From Candidatus Omnitrophota bacterium (GTDB taxonomy: Bacteria; Omnitrophota; Gorgyraeia; Zapsychrales; Fredricksoniimonadaceae): 64,000 nt of DNA. The notes below the pieces were generated by a model. It was not told where the DNA came from. It saw only the letters and a program-made list of their open reading frames with translations, and made no database searches. The stretch covers positions 127 to 64,126 of the forward strand of contig CAIOPG010000008.1 in assembly GCA_903860135.1 (NCBI GenBank), written 5' to 3'. A program made the position numbers and the translations under genes. Shown here one piece after another: positions 58,826-64,000 of this stretch; position 1 is the stretch's first letter; every line of letters starts with the position of its first letter.

Positions 58826-59739
58826 GACTGAAGGAGGACCTTGGCTCCAATAATACCGGCATCATCATCAAGTTGAGCCTTGATGACGCGCACCATTTCC
58901 GCCTGTGTCTGCATGGCACGCCGGCGCAGCGTCCGGACAATGGCGGCTTCAAAGAAAGAAAAACTGCGGGCCACGCCACCACCGATAATGATCACCCCGG
59001 GATTAAGCATATTGACCGGCCCCACCAATCCGTTGCCGACCATTTCACCAACGGTATCCCAAAACTTCAAGGCCTTTTTCTTGCCCTCCAGAGCCTTGTG
59101 ATACACCTGTTCGAGCGAAATATCCGGCTTCGCGAAAAGTTCAGCCGCAACCTTCTGCAATTGCTGATGCCCCACATAACGCTCGAAACAACCCCACCCG
59201 CCGCACCCGCACGGCGGACCTTTGTCATTGAGCGGCATATGCCCGACCTCTCCGGCCGCAAACCCCGGGCCGCGGTAGATCGCGCCATTGAGGACAAGTC
59301 CGGCACCAACGCCTGTGCCTAACGTCATGCAGATCATATCTTTAAATCCCTGGCCAGCCCCGAACTTCCACTCGCCCAAGGTGATCATGTTCACGTCATT
59401 ATCGATCCGCACAGGCAACCTAAGGTCGTTGCCCATAACACCCGCCAGCGGGACATCTTTCCAGCCCGGGATATTGGGTAGCATCCGTACAATGCCCTTG
59501 CCCGCATCAACCAACCCCGGAAGGCCTACCCCGACCCCGGTAACGCTCGCCCGTCCAACGCGTCGGTCGCGAAGCAGCGTCTCAACAGCCTCGCAAATAG
59601 CGGTCGTCAACCTGTCCGGCGTCGACGCGAATCCGGCGGTCGCAAATGCGCTCCGGGACACAACACGGCCGCCCGGCTCCACCAGCCCCAGCCGAACATT
59701 CGTCCCCCCCACATCAACCCCGATCACATATTTTTTCAT
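58822..59739 (-). CDS. glk: ROK-family glucokinase
   Basis: GVDVGGT, DNDVN...LGE, TLGTGVG.G, GEVGH...CGCG..GCFE. Confidence 0.85.
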   Translation of the reverse strand: MKKYVIGVDVGGTNVRLGLVEPGGRVVSRSAFATAGFASTPDRLTTAICEAVETLLRDRRVGRASVTGVGVGLPGLVDAGKGIVRMLPNIPGWKDVPLAGVMGNDLRLPVRIDNDVNMITLGEWKFGAGQGFKDMICMTLGTGVGAGLVLNGAIYRGPGFAAGEVGHMPLNDKGPPCGCGGWGCFERYVGHQQLQKVAAELFAKPDISLEQVYHKALEGKKKALKFWDTVGEMVGNGLVGPVNMLNPGVIIIGGGVARSFSFFEAAIVRTLRRRAMQTQAEMVRVIKAQLDDDAGIIGAKVLLQS

Positions 59740-59837
59740 GGCCGCACAATGTTTAGTTTACCGGCGAAAGAATGGCCCGGCATTTAAAAAATTTATTTTA
59801 CACAAAAAAGAAACGTTAATCAATGAAAGAGTGTTTC

Positions 59838-60896
59838 TTATGCGCCTGCCCGATCCGTATAAATACTGAACCCGACCACACGGTCGCGGCCGGACTTCTT
59901 GGCCCGGTAAAGGGCCCAGTCCGATTTATCCAGCAGTTCATCCATCTGAAGGGCATCCTCGGGGAACGTGGCCACCCCGACGCTCACCGTCACATTCAGA
60001 ACCGTATCATAAGCCCGAACCTTCTCCTCTGCGATCGCGGCACGGATACGCTCGGCCACGACCAGCGCGCCCTGCTTGTCCGTATCGGGCAGGATGACAC
60101 AAAATTCCTCGCCGCCGTAACGCCCCGCAATATCAATTTCGCGGATATGATAGGCAATGACGCGCGCGATCTCCCGAAGGGCCGCATCTCCCGCCAGATG
60201 CCCATGCTGATCATTGATATTCTTGAAATGATCCACGTCGATCATCAACAGCGACAAAGGCAAAGCCCTTGACTGCGCACGGCTGAATTCCTCATCAAAC
60301 CGCTCGGCGAGGTGCCGCCGCGTATTCATGCGGGTAAGGCTGTCGGTGATCGCCAGGCTCTCCACTTCGTTGTACAAGCGTATCCGGCGAAAAGCCAGCG
60401 CCAGCTGGTGCGCAAAGACCGAGAACGCTTCTTCATCCGACTCGGCCAACCCCTTGTAAGCCACTTCACCCAGGACCATCTGTTTGGCGCGCAAAGGGAA
60501 AAACCTGTACGCCTCAAATGTTGCCGGATCATCCACGTCGAGCGGCACGTCATCGACCAGGCGGCAATCCTCGAGCGTAAGCCGCCGGCTCACGTGGGCC
60601 TTGAAGGCGGCAAAAGCTTCTTTCTCGTCGAAGGTAGCTGTCACCTCGCGGGTCAATTCGTACATTTCAAAGATGCGGTCAGCTTCATCCCTCAACTGCT
60701 GTTTCTCGGCCGCCAGCGCGTCCTTGCGCTGGATAATGTTAAGGTACGCGCCCTTCACCTTGAGCACATCCCTGTCCGCCGCGTGTTCAAATTCAAGGAC
60801 AGCCGCCTTGGCGCAATAAATCACCGCCACAACGAACAAGGCCACCAGCATAAGCATCAACGACAACGCCATCGATCCCCCCGATTCACCGATCAC
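59838..60896 (-). CDS. Membrane-anchored diguanylate cyclase
   Basis: TM helix, coiled coil, TDSLT, DVDHFK.IND..GH, REID-x-GRYGGEEF. Confidence 0.9.
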   Translation of the reverse strand: MIGESGGSMALSLMLMLVALFVVAVIYCAKAAVLEFEHAADRDVLKVKGAYLNIIQRKDALAAEKQQLRDEADRIFEMYELTREVTATFDEKEAFAAFKAHVSRRLTLEDCRLVDDVPLDVDDPATFEAYRFFPLRAKQMVLGEVAYKGLAESDEEAFSVFAHQLALAFRRIRLYNEVESLAITDSLTRMNTRRHLAERFDEEFSRAQSRALPLSLLMIDVDHFKNINDQHGHLAGDAALREIARVIAYHIREIDIAGRYGGEEFCVILPDTDKQGALVVAERIRAAIAEEKVRAYDTVLNVTVSVGVATFPEDALQMDELLDKSDWALYRAKKSGRDRVVGFSIYTDRAGA

Positions 60897-60905
60897 TCAT
60901 TTTTC

Positions 60906-62201
60906 CTAAGCCGCGCACACCTGATTCCGCCCATTACGTTTGGCCGCGTACAGAAGCTCATCCGCTTTCTGAATAAGTTCATCCTTGGTCCTGGCATCGA
61001 GCGGAAACACCGCCAACCCCACCGAGACGGTAACCGGCGTCCTGGTGCGGCGTAAAATAATATCCGCTTCCGCCACACGCCGGACAAACCCCTCGGCCAA
61101 TGCCAAAGCCGCCGCTTTCCCGCAATCAGGCAGGAGCGCGCAAAATTCCTCGCCGCCATAACGGCACAACAGATTCCCCGGCGCCGCGAAATGTTCCTTG
61201 AACAGCATCGCCACATGTTTAAGCACCAGGTCGCCGGCAGAATGCCCGAAGGTGTCATTGTAATGTTTAAAATGATCCAGGTCGATCATGATAAAAGCCA
61301 TCGGGCTGTTCTTGCGTAAATGCCGCCCAAGTTCCTCCTGAAAACGCTCGTTCATATAGCGCCGCAGATAAAGCCCCGTCAGGCTGTCGCGGATAGCCAT
61401 ATCCTCGACCTTGTCGTACATCTGCGCATTCTCCAGAGCCACCGCCGCGACATCGCCGATAACCCGTAAAAACCTCAGATCTTCTTTATGGAACCGTGAA
61501 GGCCGGGCGCTGTCCACCCGCAAGACCCCGATCACCTTCTTCTGGACGATCAACGGCACGCTTAACAGCGAACGGACCGGGCGCGCTTCGGCATCTTTCA
61601 TTTTATTCAGGTCAAACCTGAAATCATTCTTCACATCTTCCAGGTGCAAGGCCTGCAAATGCTTGACGATCCACTGGTCGAACACATCGCCGCGCTTGCT
61701 CTTGATATTGATCGGCCGCCGGTTATGTTCAGCGTAAACAATGCGCAGCTCGGCCGTCTGCGCCTGAAGCAGATACAGGATCGCCGTCGCATCCCCAGGC
61801 TCAAAGAGCTGGCAAAGTTCGCCGCAAAGCATATGGGCCGAATCCTCGAGGGAAAGGCACAGGCTCAGCTTTTCCACCAGGCTTTTCAACTTGGCATACA
61901 TGACAATCTTCCGGCGGAAAGAACCGATCAGATGGTTTTCCTTGTCGAGTTCTGATTCCAGAAGATTCGATTTCTCAAAGAACTCTTCTTTCTGAAGCTT
62001 GACTTCGGATCTTTTTTGTTTGAGGCGGCGATAGAAAATGATGAGAGGAAAAATATTGACCAGCAGCGCAAGCATCAACAGCGGAAATAATTCAGTCTGA
62101 TACCGAACCGCGTAGACAAAGAAACCGGCCAACGGCAGGAGCAGGCTGACAACCAGAAAAACGTAATACTTAAATGATCGTTGTTTCGGTTTCTGGATCA
62201 A
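60906..62201 (-). CDS. TM-GAF-GGDEF diguanylate cyclase
   Basis: Two TM helices, GAF (SLLSVPL...IGVL), RYGGEEF; start uncertain (TTG 62201). Confidence 0.85.
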   Translation of the reverse strand: MIQKPKQRSFKYYVFLVVSLLLPLAGFFVYAVRYQTELFPLLMLALLVNIFPLIIFYRRLKQKRSEVKLQKEEFFEKSNLLESELDKENHLIGSFRRKIVMYAKLKSLVEKLSLCLSLEDSAHMLCGELCQLFEPGDATAILYLLQAQTAELRIVYAEHNRRPINIKSKRGDVFDQWIVKHLQALHLEDVKNDFRFDLNKMKDAEARPVRSLLSVPLIVQKKVIGVLRVDSARPSRFHKEDLRFLRVIGDVAAVALENAQMYDKVEDMAIRDSLTGLYLRRYMNERFQEELGRHLRKNSPMAFIMIDLDHFKHYNDTFGHSAGDLVLKHVAMLFKEHFAAPGNLLCRYGGEEFCALLPDCGKAAALALAEGFVRRVAEADIILRRTRTPVTVSVGLAVFPLDARTKDELIQKADELLYAAKRNGRNQVCAA

Positions 62202-63276
62202 AGAAGTGTACCTTGCGCATATCAAAAACAACATCCATGTCGCGATTAACTTCCGGGCGGTTGTGCGCCCCCACACGCGCCACACATGTGTTCTTTCCCG
62301 TGTTAAGATGCAAATAAACATCCGACCCCAAAAGCTCCACCATTTCACAGATCACATGAACGGTATTGTCAACGGAGGCTTCCGGGACAAAAAGCTTGTC
62401 ATAAATATCCTCACAGCGTATGCCAAAAACAACTTCTTTGCCGGCATAAGAGGTCATGGCGACAGCCATCTCGTCGATGAGCTTGACGCGGAATTTCCCC
62501 TCGTCAAAATATAATTTCTTGTCCCGGCGCACGATCGCCCCTTTAAAAAGGTTGATCGGCGGTGTGCCGATAAAGCTCGCCGCGAACTTGTTGGCTGGCC
62601 GGTCGTAAATGGTCATGGGTTCCGCGCACTGCTGGATAACGCCATCCTTCATGACCACAATACGATCCCCCATGGTCATGGCTTCGGTCTGGTCGTGCGT
62701 GACATAAATGAACGTGGTCTGCAGGCGGAGGCGCAGTTTATGGATCTCGGCACGCATGGTCACGCGCATCTTGGCGTCAAGATTCGACAGCGGTTCATCA
62801 AACAGGAAAACTTTCGGCTTACGGACGATCGCACGGCCCAGTGCCACACGCTGATGCTCGCCGCCCGATAACTGGCGGGGCTTGCGGTCAAGGTACTGGC
62901 GGATATTCAGGATCTCCGCCGCCTCATGCACGCGTTTTTCGATCTCCACCCGGGGATAATGCCGCAGCTTCAGGCCAAAGGCCATATTCTCAAAAACCGT
63001 CATGTGCGGATACAGCGCGTAATTCTGAAAAACCATCGCGATATCCCTGTCCTTGGCGGGGACATCGTTCACCAGCCGGTCGCCGATCCATATCTTGCCT
63101 TCGGAGATTTCCTCAAGGCCCGCGATCATCCGCAAGGTGGTGGACTTGCCGCAACCCGAAGCACCGACAAGGACCATGAATTCCTTGTCCTTGACCTCCA
63201 GGTTGATGCCCGCCACCACTTTCGTCGTACTGCCGTTATAAACCTTGCTCAGATTCTCGAGCCTGATACTTGCCAT
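62170..63276 (-). CDS. Carbohydrate ABC transporter ATP-binding protein (MalK/UgpC family)
   Basis: GASGCGKST, VFQNYALYPHM, LSGG, DEPLSNLDAK, TOBE domain. Confidence 0.9.
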   Translation of the reverse strand: MASIRLENLSKVYNGSTTKVVAGINLEVKDKEFMVLVGASGCGKSTTLRMIAGLEEISEGKIWIGDRLVNDVPAKDRDIAMVFQNYALYPHMTVFENMAFGLKLRHYPRVEIEKRVHEAAEILNIRQYLDRKPRQLSGGEHQRVALGRAIVRKPKVFLFDEPLSNLDAKMRVTMRAEIHKLRLRLQTTFIYVTHDQTEAMTMGDRIVVMKDGVIQQCAEPMTIYDRPANKFAASFIGTPPINLFKGAIVRRDKKLYFDEGKFRVKLIDEMAVAMTSYAGKEVVFGIRCEDIYDKLFVPEASVDNTVHVICEMVELLGSDVYLHLNTGKNTCVARVGAHNRPEVNRDMDVVFDMRKVHFFDPETETTII

Positions 63277-63333
63277 AGACCCCCTGAAACTGATAATTGA
63301 TCCGGATCAAAATACCCGCCGGACATACAACCG

Positions 63334-63999
63334 TCATACCCCCAGAAGAGCGCGCAACGTCGTCCTGGCTGTATCCATGATGCCTTTGGACTTCGTATAA
63401 AGCTTGTCATACTCGTTGCTGAAAACGGTGTATTGTTCCTCGAACTCCTTGTTGCTCATGCTGTCCATCTTCTTGGGCTGCTTGATCTCCCGCCAAAGCA
63501 GGGAGAGCATCCTTTCCGTCCGTTCTATCTGGTCGATGCAGGCCCTGTAATTACGGAAAGATTTGTTGTCGGATAAAGTCCCCAGAAAGGACTGTAATAT
63601 GCTGTATTGCCATCTGGCTTCCTCATAATTCCAGCACTTGATGAGAAAATTCAAGGTCTGTTCATACGCGAAATTCCTGTTATTGATGATAAGGTCGCGC
63701 AAGACCGACGTTTTGATATTTAAGAATTCAGACCTTGGCCTGTTCAGCGGCAAGGATCTGATACTGCGCGAGATCTCGGGGAACCAGTTGGCCAGCAGGG
63801 AATAGGTGCCATACGTATCGACCAGGCTTTTGGCGCTGTACTGATCGCCTGTCCTGAAATCTCCGATGACAATATCCGAACTTGTGATCTCAATGAACGC
63901 GCTGAGATTGTTGTAAAACCCGACATCCTCCTCGACGAAATCAATGTCGCCGGGTATCTGGACGATGCGCTCGGCCTCAGGATAATTGTCGAGGATATG
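63334..63999 (-). CDS. Hypothetical protein, 5' end beyond window
   Basis: Frame of ORF 63334-63753 stays open to the window edge (HILDNYPEAERIV...). Confidence 0.65.
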   Translation of the reverse strand, partial: HILDNYPEAERIVQIPGDIDFVEEDVGFYNNLSAFIEITSSDIVIGDFRTGDQYSAKSLVDTYGTYSLLANWFPEISRSIRSLPLNRPRSEFLNIKTSVLRDLIINNRNFAYEQTLNFLIKCWNYEEARWQYSILQSFLGTLSDNKSFRNYRACIDQIERTERMLSLLWREIKQPKKMDSMSNKEFEEQYTVFSNEYDKLYTKSKGIMDTARTTLRALLGV

Positions 64000-64000
64000 C

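Overview
Almost entirely minus-strand chromosomal segment of an anaerobic diderm bacterium, most likely Candidatus Omnitrophota (inferred from two lineage-typical secreted protein families). The first 24 kb is an [FeFe]-hydrogenase supercluster. It holds a Rex-headed trimeric HydCBA operon with a PAS-containing sensory hydrogenase and a PP2C phosphatase, a tetrameric Hnd-type operon, and the TM1266-aspA-hydF-hydG-hydE maturation operon. An AT-rich restriction-modification/TA insert interrupts it. Next come a large modular secreted protein, TA pairs and a PEP-carboxykinase-like gene. A 3.4-kb island integrated at the 3' end of fmt carries three tandem secreted lectin-fold (DUF1566/Lcl-like) genes. 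These show diversity-generating-retroelement (DGR) style variable regions, truncated avd stubs between the copies, and (TC)n phase-variation tracts in their signal peptides, with one copy OFF. The rest is fmt, a reduced priA, an LPS/surface-glycan cluster (GDP-heptose, radical SAM and TPP-enzyme genes, msbA, lptD), glucokinase, two diguanylate cyclases and an ABC ATPase. The top candidates for novelty are the phase-variable DGR-target array, a terminator/antiterminator leader RNA ahead of the hydrogenase maturation operon, and a non-canonical Rex-like operator.
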